From Acinetobacter phage nACB1, in the sequence record OQ032511.1: a stretch of DNA of 64,000 nucleotides. One strand, given 5' to 3'. The position numbers were made by a program, and so were the translations under genes. Shown in pieces: positions 1 to 11,403 of this stretch. Position 1 is the first letter of the stretch; every line of letters starts with the position of its first letter. A model generated the notes under the pieces. The model ran no database searches. It was not told where the DNA came from and was given only the letters and a program-made list of their open reading frames with translations.

Positions 1-1005
1 AATGAGTATATTAATCGTATCTCTCAGAAAGAAGGTTTTACAATTGAGCAAGGTGTAGCTGCTTATAATGCAGGGCCTGGTGCTGTTAAAGAAGCTATTA
101 GATCAGGTGGTTCAAACTGGTTATCTAAGTTACCTGCTGAAACTAGAGCTTATGTTCCTAAGGTAATGGGTGGTGCAGGTCAAGCCATGAATGCTGTAGG
201 TGGGCGTGGTATTACTCAAGCCAACATGTCTAAGGTTACTTCTGACTATCAATCCGCTTTAGCTAAGCTTAATGCTGATTACGCAAGTCAAGAAGCTAAG
301 AGTCAGGTTAAAGGTTCTCTTGCATCTACAGGTAACAGTGTAGAAACATGGGCTGCTTCTAACCGTGGCAAAGATAATACATTCTTCACTAATGCAGGTG
401 ACTTAGCTAAGATGGCTCGTCAAGACCCTACATTTAATAAGTTACCTGAGTCAGCTCAGATTAATGTATTGAATGGTGCATTTGCTAAAATGAATGATGT
501 GAATGCTTTACAGTATGTACCTGATGCTGATTTGAAGAAGTTCATCTCACGTGAAGCTACTAACTATAAGCAAGATCGTGTCAATCAGTTTGAAGGTCAG
601 AAGCAAGCTCTGATGGAACAAGCTTATCAAGGTATAGTTGCTCAGTATCAAGCTGTAGGTCAACAACCTCCTACACGTGAAGGTGTACGTCAGATACTTG
701 ATCCGCAGACTCCTAAACCTCAAGCACCTAAGCCACAGCCTGTACCAACTAAGCAGTCTACTCCTCCTCCGCAAACTGCACCTAAACAACAAACACCAAG
801 TAAGATGGATACTTACATGGCACAACGTGAAGCTAAGAAGCAAGCTCAACGTGATGCAGTAGATAAACGCTTAACAGCTGAAAAGACTAAGAAGCAGGCT
901 CAGCAAGCATCACAGAAGATGCCTAATGGAACTGTTCGTATTGGTTCAACTAATATGTCTCAAAAGCAGTTAGATGATATTTTAAAGAAATACAAGGTAA
1001 GCTAA
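1..1005 (+). CDS. 5'-truncated CDS: virion protein with SLT-type lytic transglycosylase C-terminal motif plus P/Q-rich linker
   Basis: Frame 1 is open from nt 1 with no stop before ORF 166..1005; nt 1-165 encode ...EQGVAAYNAGPGAVKEAIRSGG, the AYNAG.G signature that ends SLT domains; then PQAPKPQPVPTKQSTPPPQTAPKQQTP linker; sits just upstream of vRNAP. Confidence 0.55.
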   Translation, partial: NEYINRISQKEGFTIEQGVAAYNAGPGAVKEAIRSGGSNWLSKLPAETRAYVPKVMGGAGQAMNAVGGRGITQANMSKVTSDYQSALAKLNADYASQEAKSQVKGSLASTGNSVETWAASNRGKDNTFFTNAGDLAKMARQDPTFNKLPESAQINVLNGAFAKMNDVNALQYVPDADLKKFISREATNYKQDRVNQFEGQKQALMEQAYQGIVAQYQAVGQQPPTREGVRQILDPQTPKPQAPKPQPVPTKQSTPPPQTAPKQQTPSKMDTYMAQREAKKQAQRDAVDKRLTAEKTKKQAQQASQKMPNGTVRIGSTNMSQKQLDDILKKYKVS

Positions 1006-1031
1006 TTCTAAGTTTATTCTTGTGGTACGAT

Positions 1032-1062
1032 AAGCACGTATTAAGGTACGTGCTTTTTTATT
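1032..1062 (+). terminator. hairpin + T-run between SLT gene and vRNAP gene (attenuator-like)
   Basis: aagcacgta-ttaagg-tacgtgctt followed by ttttttattt, 16 nt before the vRNAP ATG. Confidence 0.45.
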
Positions 1063-1077
1063 TATATAGGATTAAAC

Positions 1078-4000
1078 ATGGCAGATTATAAATCACTCCA
1101 AGTGTCAGACGCATTATCCCGAATTACTAATCAATTGAAACCACAAGTTACTTATGGTTCCTTAGGTAGTTCTGTATACGGTCGTAACACTAATACGCCT
1201 GATGCTATTGCTGCTGATCAACAAGCTATTCAACAAGGTCAGCAATACTATAACTCTATCTATGGTAAGACTGGTTCTGACTATGTACAAGATGCAGGTG
1301 TAGCTTTAGCTAAAGGTGTTGTATCAGTTCCACAAGCAGCTGCAGGTATTGTTGACTTGCTTGATGCAGGTGCTCAATTCGCTACAGGTCAAGATGTTCA
1401 AGGTGGACGCTTCTCTAAGAACTTAGCAGATGTAGGTGTAGACTTTGCTACCACTCAAGACATTATGTCTGGTTGGTTTAGTGAAGGTACTCAACGTCAG
1501 ATGCAAGAATTAGCTGCACTTCCTGGAATGTCTACAGAACAATCCTTAGGGCAGAACTTAAATTCATTAGGTTCTACTTTAGGTTATGTTGCAGATAATC
1601 CATCTATTGCTCTTAACACTATTATCCAATCATTGCCTTCTATTGCTGCAGGTGGTGTTGTAGGTCGTGGTGCTGCAGCATTAGGTGCAAGAGGAGCTGC
1701 AGGTGCTATTGGTGAAGGTACAATAATGTCAGGCCAAGCACAGGCTAATATGGAACGTAATGCAGAAGGTTATACAACTGGTCAACAAGCATTAGGTGCA
1801 TTAGGTATTGGTGTATTGGGTGGCTTAGTAGGTCAAGCAGGTAATCGTATTGCTGCTACCCGTGGAGCTGCTGATATTGATCAGGTAGCTGCAGGTGTTG
1901 GTAGTCAAGCTGCAAACCAAGGCTTCAAATCATTAACTGTAGGTACTGCAACAGAGGCAGCAGAAGAAGCTGCACAGTCTGCATTAGAAAATGTTATTAC
2001 TAACGTTAGCTCAGGTAAAGATGCAATCCAAGGATTAAACCAAGACTTAGTATTAGGTACTCTTGCAGGTGCAGGAATGGGTGCTGCTGTTAATGCTAAA
2101 TCTTCTATTGGTACTGCTGCTTTGGAAGCTGTACAGAATGCAGCTAACAAACAAATTGAACGTGCTAAGGAGAAGATTAGTCGTGAAGCTCCTGAACAAA
2201 CTGATACCCCTACTGAACAGTTTACAGACCCAAGTTCTCCTTCATATAACCCTTCTGCTGCTTTGGTTAGAGAAGCCAAGAAGTTAACTGAAGCTACTAC
2301 ACCTGAAGAACAGTTAGATGTACGTAATAGCTTTAATTACATTATGGAAGAGCAAGAAGCTTATCTTGGTGGTTTAATTGAGACACGCGATGCAGTACAG
2401 AACATTGATAACTTACGTCAGTCAATTGTTAATGCTGATGCTGCTGTAGAAAGATTTGCAGAGTCTGACCCTGCTAAGGCAGAACAGATTGCTGCTATCT
2501 CAGCTAACTTAAAAGAACAAGTTGCTGTAGCTGAACAGTTCATTGGTAATGAGCAAACTCTTGATGCTCATATTGCTGAGGTGGAAACTAAGGTACAAGA
2601 AGCACGTGATATTCATACTCGTTATGACAGCTTAATGCAGCGTGCTACAACTAATGATGAAACTATGGATACTCAAATCTTTGGTGCTCCTCAGAAGTTC
2701 ACACCAGAACAGATTGAGAAAGCTATCAATGATCCTAAAGTACCAGAAGCTAGTAAACCTGCTTTACGTGCTTTAGCTGATGCTGTAGTTGCACAGAATG
2801 CTGTTAAGAATATTGATGCTGTAAACCAACAGATTACTGGTAAACAGTATGACTCTAATTACCGTAGTACTCCTCAATACTTAGCTCAGTTTACTCGTGC
2901 TATTAAGCAAGGTAATACAGCTCAACAAGTTAACCTTATGCGTGAGATTGGTGCGTTTGAACAATCACATGTGCAGAAAGCTGAGATAGTACAACAAGGT
3001 TTAGAGTTAGCTAGTTCAGGACAGCCAGTACAGATTATTCGTAATCAAGATGGTTCATGGGCATTCAATCAAGGTGAGTGGTTATCTCGTACTGCTGCTA
3101 AAAAGAATGGTGCTATTACTATTGCTTCACCTAAGCAGATTGAAGCTGTAACTAAAACAAGTGAATACATGCAAGCAGAAGCTCAAGCTATTACTGCTAC
3201 ACGTAATGCAATGGAGCAACTAGATGTACTCAACAACCCTAATGGTTCAGTCGTTAGACCAAGCAATGTGGCAACACAAAGTACACCTGAAACCCAAGAA
3301 GTACCAACGCAACAAGCAACTGATTTCCAAGCTGCTATTGATGAACTCAACTCACTAGAGCGAGACAACTATGACTATCAACCTCAGCGACGTGTTGAAG
3401 ACCCACGCGAATCTTTATCACAGCCTAGCTTTGATGGAGCTATCAATGCAGAAAGCCAAGTTCCTACAGGAACACAATCTACCAGTGGAACCATGTCTAG
3501 TGGAGATACCTCCCAAGTACAAACCCCAACGAACACTGAAGGCACTACTCCAGTAGCGAAGGCTGAACGTGTTGCAAGTCGTAGCGTAAGCGAAGACGTA
3601 GCAACGGAAGTTCAGACAAGCACAGAAGCAGCAACCCAAGCAACCAACGAAGAAACTACTGAAGAAGTGGTTACTCCTGAAGTTAAGAAAGAAGCTGAGC
3701 CACAGGATATTAATACTGTAGAGAAAGCAGATAAGAATCCTGCTCGTACTGCTGAACGTGCTAAAGAGCCTAAGAAACGTAATCTTGTTATTGATGGTTT
3801 TAATCAACGTGATACTGTGCTTAATCGTAATGAGAACTTTGTTAAGCGTTTTATGAATCGTAGTAACATTGCTCCAGTTGTAGAATCTATTACTGGTAAA
3901 GCTCCTACACCTAAACAAGAGCAAGCTCTTAAAGACTTTACTAACTTTGCTAATTACTTTGATAGTAAGTTAGACATTATTGGTAGTAAGCAAGAAGACT

Positions 4001-7000
4001 TCCGCTTCCAAGACTTCAATCAATTCTTACTAGTAGATGGTAAGTTACCTGACAATGTTAAGACTGCAGTATCTGCTGCTATGTATTCTTGGATTGCTGA
4101 GAATGGTTCTAAGACTCTCAATACTGAGAGAGATGTTGCAGGGTTATTATTACTCAATGACATTGATACATTACCTACAACTGTGTTTAACGCATTCACA
4201 GGTATTGGTGATCACCAGTCAGTAGTAACAGGTAGCTTAGGACAGAAAGCACTTGAAGCTCTTGGTTTAAAAGTTGTGTCTGACGTTGACCCTGCTCGTA
4301 AGCAAAAACTTGAACAAGCTCTTGGTACTCTTGCAGCTGTAGCACTTACACAGAATGGTTACTTAGAACATACTGCAATGTCTGTTGCTGAGTTTGAGCT
4401 ACATCAAGCATATGCACAGAATGCTAATGAAGGTTCTACCTTTGGTGATCAAACATTCAAAGGTGGTAAGACTATTAACTTCTTGGTTCCTAAAGCAGGT
4501 AAGAAAGTAGATCAAGTAATCAAATCAGCTGCTGAAACTCAAGGTATTGTTCAATCTTTATTTGGTGTACAGCGTGATATTAAATTACCTTCTCTTGAGC
4601 CTGTAACAAGCACACCACAGTCTTTTAACCGTATGGGTTCTGAACTACCTTCGTACACTAAAGATATGTTAGAAGCTGCTCAGAGCAATGGTTATAAGAT
4701 GTCTATCCCTGCTATGCAGTTTATGGACAATGTTAAGCAAGATGACTTACTTGAGTTGTTTGGTTTTATTAAGCCTAATGCTGATGGTGTTTCATTTGAT
4801 GGTATGCATAAGAAGTTCTGGAAATCTCAATTAGCTTCTAATGAAGCTGTAGAGCGTGCTGTAGCAATCATTAAAGAACAACGTGCTAACTTAGGTGATG
4901 ACTCTAAAGAGTTCTTTTTCGAGCACACCAGTTGGACTAACACGCGTTCAGGTTATGATTCCGCATTTAACTTACAAGCTAATAAGATGCACCGTGCTGT
5001 AGCAGGTATGTCAGCTCATGTAGTAGAAGTAGGAATTGAAGCACCTATTAAGAATGGTGAAACTACTAAGTTTGGTGAGTTCTTAATGGCTGTAGCAATG
5101 GGTGCAGAAGGTGCATCTGATGTTATGGGTATTCAAACTGTAGATAAAGTTTCTGCTGAAACATTCTTACCTAAGTTCCAAGAGTACTTAGCACAAGATT
5201 ATGTACAAGCAGGTATCGAGTCTATGGCAGCTGCTATAGAGACTAAACCAACTAAACAAGATATGGACAACATCAAACGTGTGGTAACTGAGTTTGATAT
5301 GGGGCCTATGTCTGTACGTGCATTACAAGCGTTAGCTCAAATGCACATAGCTGAACGTGATGGTCAACGTACCTTTACTTCAGATATTGGTTTTGAATCT
5401 GATGGTGTAACTAATGGCCCAGTCATTACTAACGTAGCTTTAAATACTGCTGATGCACAGATGTTAGAAGCAGGTGGTATCTTTACTAGCCGTGCTAAAT
5501 CAAATGTACCTACTAACAAGGAGCAAGGTAACGAAGACATCTATGAGCAATTAGGTGGTGTAATGCAAGCTGAATGGACTGCTTATAAAAAAGCTGTTAA
5601 AGGTGGTGCATTAGATTCTGCACTTGGATTAGATGTTATCTACTCTGCCTTTGGTAAACGTAAAGGTGCTAAACCAATCGTAACTACATCTAACTATGGT
5701 GCAGGCATTGCTTCAATTAAACGTGCTAATGCGCGTGAGGTTTTGAATGCCTTCTATACTGGCTTAGAGTCTGCAGGTAAGAAAGGTGATATTGGTGCAG
5801 CACAAGACCTTATTAATGCTGTTAATAAAACCATTAAGTACTCTAACTTTAAACAGAAGTTATCTACTCCATTAGCTGTAGCTAAAGGTGATGTTATGGA
5901 GTTTCTATTAACTCCTGAACAAGAAGCTGCATTATTCTTTGCTGCTGATCTCCAACATGGAGAAGCAATCAAGGAGACCCTTAGTAAAGCTATGGCAGGC
6001 TTTAATGAAGTACGCGATAACTTAACTGAACAAGCAGTTACTGGATTTAAAATCTATGAGTTGATTAGACAGAATGCTATTAATGAAGCTCTTAAGAATA
6101 CTGATGGTGTACTTGTAGATGGTAAGGGTAAACGTCAAGAAGGGCTGACTGCTGATCAAATGAAAGCAGTACTTAAGTCTATAGAACGTTATACCCCATC
6201 TGTAGTTTCAGGTATGGGTAATCTATCTTCTAATAAGAAGAAATCATCTATTCCATTAATGAAGCAAGATACTGTATGGGATGGTTCTGCTATGTCAGAA
6301 CAACAGTTTAAGTTCTTAGGTTCTTGGCAACAGTCAGGTACTAAAGAGTTTTCTGTACGATCTGCTATTAAGCGTGATGCTGTATCTGATCCTGGTGTAT
6401 CTGGTTTAGCTCTTATCATTCAATCTATTGATGCCATGATTGCTCATACTACTATCGGTAAGATGCCTACTCAAAACTACCATGATGCTAACGCATCTGC
6501 TGTAGGTCAGGGTAAAGCTATGGCTAAGATTCAGAATGAAGCATTCGTTGATGGTGTTATGCATACACATGTTAATCGTGAGTTTGCACGTGCCTTAATG
6601 AATCCTTTGACTTTAGTTTTAGATAACAAAGCATTCTACACAGCTAATAAAGATGAGATTAATGATGCTATGAAAGGTATCTTTATGTCTCAGAAAGTAG
6701 CTACTGCCTACGAGCGTGATTTAGCTAAGCTTACTGGAATGCTTAAATGGGTGAACGTAAATCAGTATGGTACTCAAGGCGGTCATTTCCAAATGACTAA
6801 TGCTAAGCGTAAAGAGATTCTTGATGAGATTGCTCAGCTTAAGAAAGACTATGCTAAAGATGCGGCATTAGCTAAACGTATTGATGAGATTGTTGAATCA
6901 GGTTCTGAGCCTCAAACTGTAGAAGAACACTTACGTCAGAACATTATCATGACTGGTAAAGAAGTGGTTCCATTGCTTCAAGCAGAACTTAAACAGTTCC

Positions 7001-10000
7001 AAGGTAAAGAAGGTCAGGTAGGTAAGTTCTCTCAGTTCTATGACAGCATATTAGATTTAGTAACTAAGCAAATGCCTAGTGACTTAGAGATTAATTACTT
7101 CTCTGATCTTGAAGCGCCTGAAAATGTTAATGGCTTAAAAGAAGCAGTGGATAACAATAACCCTGCTTGGTTCACTACAGGTAAGGACGGTAAACCACAG
7201 ATTAATATTCTACGTTCTGATGCTCCTATTCGTGCACAGGTTCTCGTACATGAGCTTGTACACGCTATCACTGTAGATTCTATTAGTCAGGTTCGTAAAG
7301 ACCCTACAGCGCACGCTAAGGCTGCAGAATCACTAGCTAAGCTTGATGCGCTCTATGAAGATATTAAAGCGAAAGTAAATGCTGATCCTAATGCTACTGA
7401 CTTACAGAAGTATGCAGTTAAGAATGTAGAAGAGTTTATTGCTACTGGTTTCTCATATCCTGAGTTTGTTGATTACCTAGATAGCCAATTGGCTCCTAAA
7501 GCAGCTCGTGGTAAGAATCGTATTGTTACTGCATTACGTTCATTTGTAGATAGTATCCTAGGTGTGCTTGAGAGCTTCACAGGGCGTAAGTATTCAGCTA
7601 AAGATGCAACTGCACTAGAAGCATTAATCATTGACTCTACAGAGTTCTTAGGACGTGCTCCTACACAAACCACTGGTACTCAAACAAGTATCTTTGGTGC
7701 ACCACAGCAAGCGCGTAATACTGTAGATGGTTACACTGCTTATGAAGTATTTAGTACTTTACCTAAACATGCTAACCCACAATTCCAAGCTCATTTGAAT
7801 CAGATGATGCGTCAGGTTGCTGACACAATCTATTCAGGTTTAGATCAAAAACTTATTGATAACAATGATGGTGCTTGGTCTATTGAGAAAGCATGGGAAG
7901 AATACACAACTGCAGGTAATGCTGAGACTACCGAGACTGCTGTAACTGCAGGCTTCCGTATGACTGAGCAAGAAGCATTTGCTGTTGAGTCTATCTATGC
8001 AGCTATGGTTCATGGTTTAAAAGATAAGTCTATGACTCAGGTGTATGCTGAAATGAATAAGGCATATAACTCTGCTAAAGCTAGACTTAAACCAGAGAAC
8101 TTCTATCAAGGTGATTGGGCTACTGCTACTCGTCAAGATAAAGCTGATGCTCAAGATATGTATGATTACTTCTTTAAACTAGGCCCAACTAATAAGCAGC
8201 ACTTAGCTCGCTTTATCTCTATGGCTCTAGGTTCTGAGCAAGTAAATAGTATGCTTGGTTTTGCTGTTAAAGATACTTCTACAGCTCCTTCAAATACATT
8301 TGAAAACATTGTTGAGAAAGCTAATACCTTACTTGATTTTGTTGGTGGTGTATTAACTAACAGTAACTCAGCTCAGAATATTAATAACCGTGTTGGTCTT
8401 CTTGCAAAAGAGTTAGCACGTATTGATATGAAGAATCGTGAACATGCTGTTGGTCGTGTTGAAGCACAGTTAGAAGCTATTGCTGATTACACAGATGGTG
8501 TATCTAAGAAGTTACGTGAACGTGTTGTTGAATTTGCAGATAAAGATGCGATTGCTAATAACCGTAATACTTATGTACGTCTTGCAAGTAACACTACGCG
8601 CTTAGCTGCTAAAGGTGATTTGTGGACTGTACTCGATACATTGAAAGAAGCTAACAACATTGATAATCCAAATAGTACCTTAGGTATGATGGGTGAAATT
8701 ATTAATGAAGCTGCCAACAATGACTCTACTAAAAACCATGTAGAGAAGATGATGCGTATCACTAAGTTAAATAACCAAATGAAGGAGAACATTCGTCATA
8801 CCACTACTAAGAATGTTATGAGCACATTTGAAGATAATGGTCAGTATCTTACTAAAGATCATAAGGCTGCTCTTACTACTATGTTACGTTCTGATGTACA
8901 GGTGTTGAGTACTACATACTCTACTAAAGAGATTGCTCAGTTATACACTGATGGTAAGTTCTTACAGAATGAAACTGCTGCAGTAGTTAATCAGCTTAAA
9001 GCTTTAGGTGGAGATCAAGTAATGATTAACCGTGCTAAGCAATTAGCTAAGTATATGCTTACTGGTAATTCATCTATTGGTTTAGCTAAGAATGCTCAGC
9101 TTATTGTTTCTGGTTTTAACTCTGGTGAAGTAGTTGATCTGACTGACCCACGTGTTGACTTGGTAGATAAACTTGCAACTATGTATGCAATTGAATACAC
9201 AGATAAAGGTACTCGTAATCGCCTTGGTGAAGTGTTTAAGCGTGAGCTTAAAAACAAAACTAATGGTGTAGATACTTCTATCAAGTTCCATCATGAGCTT
9301 TCTAAAGAAGCACGTAATAAGTTATTCGTTGATAATGCTACGTCTGTTGTTAAAGGTTTTGTTCCTGAGATCACTAACCCTAACAAAGAAGTTCGTATTG
9401 CTACTAACGATACAGAAGCTCGTCTATATAAAGAGCAGTACTATCGTGAAGTTAAGTCTATGGTTAAAGACAAGTCTGATAAGACTGGTGCTACTCCTCG
9501 TTTATTTATTACTGATGAAGCTAACGTACAGCGTTTAGTATCAGGTGCTGTAGAGATTGTTTCTACTAACCGTAAAGGTACTGGTGTAAACATGGATGCT
9601 AAAGAATTTACTTATGCTGTTAATAGCGTACGTATTCCTAACAGTCCATTATATAACCCTATGCTTGATCAAGATGTTTATATGGTTCCTAACTACAATA
9701 CTCAGAATGAGGTAGTTGGTTTCTCTTATGAAATGTCAGGTAATAACCGAGATAGTTTATTAGAGCGTAACAATGATTTCTCTGAGTTACTTGGTGCTTA
9801 TGCTGCAACTAACTTTAACAAGGTTACTGTTCCTGATCAGAACAATAAAGTTATTGATGCTGCTTACCAAGACTACAAAGATAACTTTGTTAATAACCCA
9901 CGTGCTTACATTACTGTAGGGCCTGGTGCTACTAACCCTGCATTGGCAGAGACTTGGGCTATGTTGCCAGAAGATACACGTAGATACATTGAATCTAAGT

Positions 10001-11076
10001 TTGGCCCAGATGGTATGGTAATTCGTAATGATGTTTACTTAACTATGTTTGGCTACCGTAAATATTCTTTAAACCAAGCATTCGATAAGATGCCTGAAGC
10101 ACGTAACATGTTTGAGTCTATCTACACAGATGTTATGAATACTCTGTTTGGTGGTAAGGCTCGCTTACGTGGTGTACAAGGTGAACGTGCATGGCAAGAA
10201 GCTGTAAGTACTATGAAAGATATTATTGTTATTCGTAACGTTAAGACTCTTATTGGTAACACTATCTCTAACGCTTTATTGTTATCTGCTCATGGTGTGA
10301 GCTTTACTGATATTGCTAAAGACACTGCTACATCTATTCGTGCAGGATTACAGTACCGTCGTGACATGGCTAACTTGTTATCTATTCGTCAGAAGCAGAA
10401 AGCAGGTGTAGGTGATTTCAATAAACTAGAGCAAGAAGCTTTACGTATTGAAGATTCAATGAGTCGTAACCCATTAGCTGACTTTATCAATGAAGGTATG
10501 ATGCCTACTATTGTTGAAGACTTAGACCCATCTAATGACCACTACTCATACAAGTCTAAGTTACAAGAGCGTATTGATGGTTTAACTACTGATGTACCTA
10601 AGTCTGTGAAGACTGCAGCTAAATGGTTAATGGTATCTCCTGATACTCCGTTGTACCAGTTCTTGAATAATGCTACTCAGTTCTCTGACTTTAGTTCTAA
10701 GTATGTGTTGTATAAACACTACACTACTAAAGCTAAAGAAAAGCTAGGACATGAAGAAGCTATTCAGATTGCTCAGGATAACTTCATTAACTATGACATT
10801 CCTACTTCACGTGGTTTACAGTATCTGAATGATATGGGTGTGGTAATGTTTACTAAATATAACTTACGTATTCAGAAAGCATTATTCCAATTGATGAAGA
10901 AGCGTCCTGCTTCTGTAATGGCTCAAGCCTTATTGATTGGTACTCTTACTAATATGGAAACTGCTATTGACCCTATTGTGTTTACACAGTTTGGTAATCC
11001 GCTACGTACTGGTGCATTTGGTTTACCAAGTGCTTTAGATGAACCTCTTCCTATTAAGATGCTTACTGGACTGTAA
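1078..11076 (+). CDS. virion-encapsidated RNA polymerase (N4 gp50-like vRNAP), 3332 aa
   Basis: Giant ORF; central region has T7-like single-subunit RNAP motifs: FESDGVTNG (A-like), KRKGAKPIVTTSNYGAG (motif B, R/K..YG), NYHDANA (motif C-like HD); size and operon position match N4 vRNAP. Confidence 0.75.
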   Translation: MADYKSLQVSDALSRITNQLKPQVTYGSLGSSVYGRNTNTPDAIAADQQAIQQGQQYYNSIYGKTGSDYVQDAGVALAKGVVSVPQAAAGIVDLLDAGAQFATGQDVQGGRFSKNLADVGVDFATTQDIMSGWFSEGTQRQMQELAALPGMSTEQSLGQNLNSLGSTLGYVADNPSIALNTIIQSLPSIAAGGVVGRGAAALGARGAAGAIGEGTIMSGQAQANMERNAEGYTTGQQALGALGIGVLGGLVGQAGNRIAATRGAADIDQVAAGVGSQAANQGFKSLTVGTATEAAEEAAQSALENVITNVSSGKDAIQGLNQDLVLGTLAGAGMGAAVNAKSSIGTAALEAVQNAANKQIERAKEKISREAPEQTDTPTEQFTDPSSPSYNPSAALVREAKKLTEATTPEEQLDVRNSFNYIMEEQEAYLGGLIETRDAVQNIDNLRQSIVNADAAVERFAESDPAKAEQIAAISANLKEQVAVAEQFIGNEQTLDAHIAEVETKVQEARDIHTRYDSLMQRATTNDETMDTQIFGAPQKFTPEQIEKAINDPKVPEASKPALRALADAVVAQNAVKNIDAVNQQITGKQYDSNYRSTPQYLAQFTRAIKQGNTAQQVNLMREIGAFEQSHVQKAEIVQQGLELASSGQPVQIIRNQDGSWAFNQGEWLSRTAAKKNGAITIASPKQIEAVTKTSEYMQAEAQAITATRNAMEQLDVLNNPNGSVVRPSNVATQSTPETQEVPTQQATDFQAAIDELNSLERDNYDYQPQRRVEDPRESLSQPSFDGAINAESQVPTGTQSTSGTMSSGDTSQVQTPTNTEGTTPVAKAERVASRSVSEDVATEVQTSTEAATQATNEETTEEVVTPEVKKEAEPQDINTVEKADKNPARTAERAKEPKKRNLVIDGFNQRDTVLNRNENFVKRFMNRSNIAPVVESITGKAPTPKQEQALKDFTNFANYFDSKLDIIGSKQEDFRFQDFNQFLLVDGKLPDNVKTAVSAAMYSWIAENGSKTLNTERDVAGLLLLNDIDTLPTTVFNAFTGIGDHQSVVTGSLGQKALEALGLKVVSDVDPARKQKLEQALGTLAAVALTQNGYLEHTAMSVAEFELHQAYAQNANEGSTFGDQTFKGGKTINFLVPKAGKKVDQVIKSAAETQGIVQSLFGVQRDIKLPSLEPVTSTPQSFNRMGSELPSYTKDMLEAAQSNGYKMSIPAMQFMDNVKQDDLLELFGFIKPNADGVSFDGMHKKFWKSQLASNEAVERAVAIIKEQRANLGDDSKEFFFEHTSWTNTRSGYDSAFNLQANKMHRAVAGMSAHVVEVGIEAPIKNGETTKFGEFLMAVAMGAEGASDVMGIQTVDKVSAETFLPKFQEYLAQDYVQAGIESMAAAIETKPTKQDMDNIKRVVTEFDMGPMSVRALQALAQMHIAERDGQRTFTSDIGFESDGVTNGPVITNVALNTADAQMLEAGGIFTSRAKSNVPTNKEQGNEDIYEQLGGVMQAEWTAYKKAVKGGALDSALGLDVIYSAFGKRKGAKPIVTTSNYGAGIASIKRANAREVLNAFYTGLESAGKKGDIGAAQDLINAVNKTIKYSNFKQKLSTPLAVAKGDVMEFLLTPEQEAALFFAADLQHGEAIKETLSKAMAGFNEVRDNLTEQAVTGFKIYELIRQNAINEALKNTDGVLVDGKGKRQEGLTADQMKAVLKSIERYTPSVVSGMGNLSSNKKKSSIPLMKQDTVWDGSAMSEQQFKFLGSWQQSGTKEFSVRSAIKRDAVSDPGVSGLALIIQSIDAMIAHTTIGKMPTQNYHDANASAVGQGKAMAKIQNEAFVDGVMHTHVNREFARALMNPLTLVLDNKAFYTANKDEINDAMKGIFMSQKVATAYERDLAKLTGMLKWVNVNQYGTQGGHFQMTNAKRKEILDEIAQLKKDYAKDAALAKRIDEIVESGSEPQTVEEHLRQNIIMTGKEVVPLLQAELKQFQGKEGQVGKFSQFYDSILDLVTKQMPSDLEINYFSDLEAPENVNGLKEAVDNNNPAWFTTGKDGKPQINILRSDAPIRAQVLVHELVHAITVDSISQVRKDPTAHAKAAESLAKLDALYEDIKAKVNADPNATDLQKYAVKNVEEFIATGFSYPEFVDYLDSQLAPKAARGKNRIVTALRSFVDSILGVLESFTGRKYSAKDATALEALIIDSTEFLGRAPTQTTGTQTSIFGAPQQARNTVDGYTAYEVFSTLPKHANPQFQAHLNQMMRQVADTIYSGLDQKLIDNNDGAWSIEKAWEEYTTAGNAETTETAVTAGFRMTEQEAFAVESIYAAMVHGLKDKSMTQVYAEMNKAYNSAKARLKPENFYQGDWATATRQDKADAQDMYDYFFKLGPTNKQHLARFISMALGSEQVNSMLGFAVKDTSTAPSNTFENIVEKANTLLDFVGGVLTNSNSAQNINNRVGLLAKELARIDMKNREHAVGRVEAQLEAIADYTDGVSKKLRERVVEFADKDAIANNRNTYVRLASNTTRLAAKGDLWTVLDTLKEANNIDNPNSTLGMMGEIINEAANNDSTKNHVEKMMRITKLNNQMKENIRHTTTKNVMSTFEDNGQYLTKDHKAALTTMLRSDVQVLSTTYSTKEIAQLYTDGKFLQNETAAVVNQLKALGGDQVMINRAKQLAKYMLTGNSSIGLAKNAQLIVSGFNSGEVVDLTDPRVDLVDKLATMYAIEYTDKGTRNRLGEVFKRELKNKTNGVDTSIKFHHELSKEARNKLFVDNATSVVKGFVPEITNPNKEVRIATNDTEARLYKEQYYREVKSMVKDKSDKTGATPRLFITDEANVQRLVSGAVEIVSTNRKGTGVNMDAKEFTYAVNSVRIPNSPLYNPMLDQDVYMVPNYNTQNEVVGFSYEMSGNNRDSLLERNNDFSELLGAYAATNFNKVTVPDQNNKVIDAAYQDYKDNFVNNPRAYITVGPGATNPALAETWAMLPEDTRRYIESKFGPDGMVIRNDVYLTMFGYRKYSLNQAFDKMPEARNMFESIYTDVMNTLFGGKARLRGVQGERAWQEAVSTMKDIIVIRNVKTLIGNTISNALLLSAHGVSFTDIAKDTATSIRAGLQYRRDMANLLSIRQKQKAGVGDFNKLEQEALRIEDSMSRNPLADFINEGMMPTIVEDLDPSNDHYSYKSKLQERIDGLTTDVPKSVKTAAKWLMVSPDTPLYQFLNNATQFSDFSSKYVLYKHYTTKAKEKLGHEEAIQIAQDNFINYDIPTSRGLQYLNDMGVVMFTKYNLRIQKALFQLMKKRPASVMAQALLIGTLTNMETAIDPIVFTQFGNPLRTGAFGLPSALDEPLPIKMLTGL

Positions 11077-11083
11077 GTAGTAA

Positions 11084-11120
11084 CAAAAAATAGCCCCTCA
11101 TGAGAGGGGCTTATTTTATT
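11084..11120. terminator. bidirectional intrinsic terminator at convergence of vRNAP and minus-strand genes
   Basis: aaaaaa-tagcccctc-atga-gaggggct-tattttatt; A-run upstream and T-run downstream. Confidence 0.7.
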
Positions 11121-11127
11121 ATGAGGG

Positions 11128-11403
11128 TTAATCCATTAATTCTAGTTCAGACATTAATTGCCCTTCACTAATACATTCTTGCAGTACAGGTTTCTGTTCT
11201 TCAAGTGTACGGCCATGTTTACCATTACCGTGATGCTTACGTGGATTACCACACATATCACATGAACAACGAGCAGGTGTATTGGCATGAATACCAATAG
11301 CTTTGTCTGATGACTTCCACTCATTATCTTTAAACTGTTTAGCAGCTTTTTGTTTCTTACGTTGCTGCTGTTTAATACGATATTCACGACCACGTTGTTG
11401 CAT
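11128..11403 (-). CDS. hypothetical basic protein with CSCDMCGNPRKHHGNGKHG Cys/His cluster
   Basis: ORF 91 aa; lysine-rich N-terminus, putative metal-binding cluster. Confidence 0.4.
   Translation of the reverse strand: MQQRGREYRIKQQQRKKQKAAKQFKDNEWKSSDKAIGIHANTPARCSCDMCGNPRKHHGNGKHGRTLEEQKPVLQECISEGQLMSELELMD

Noticed and set aside
547-9538. Antisense and alternate-frame ORFs (61-168 aa) inside the vRNAP gene
   Set aside because: Low-complexity, Leu/Ser/Arg-rich translations typical of antisense frames of an A/G-rich coding strand; fully contained in a 10-kb gene with strong motif support
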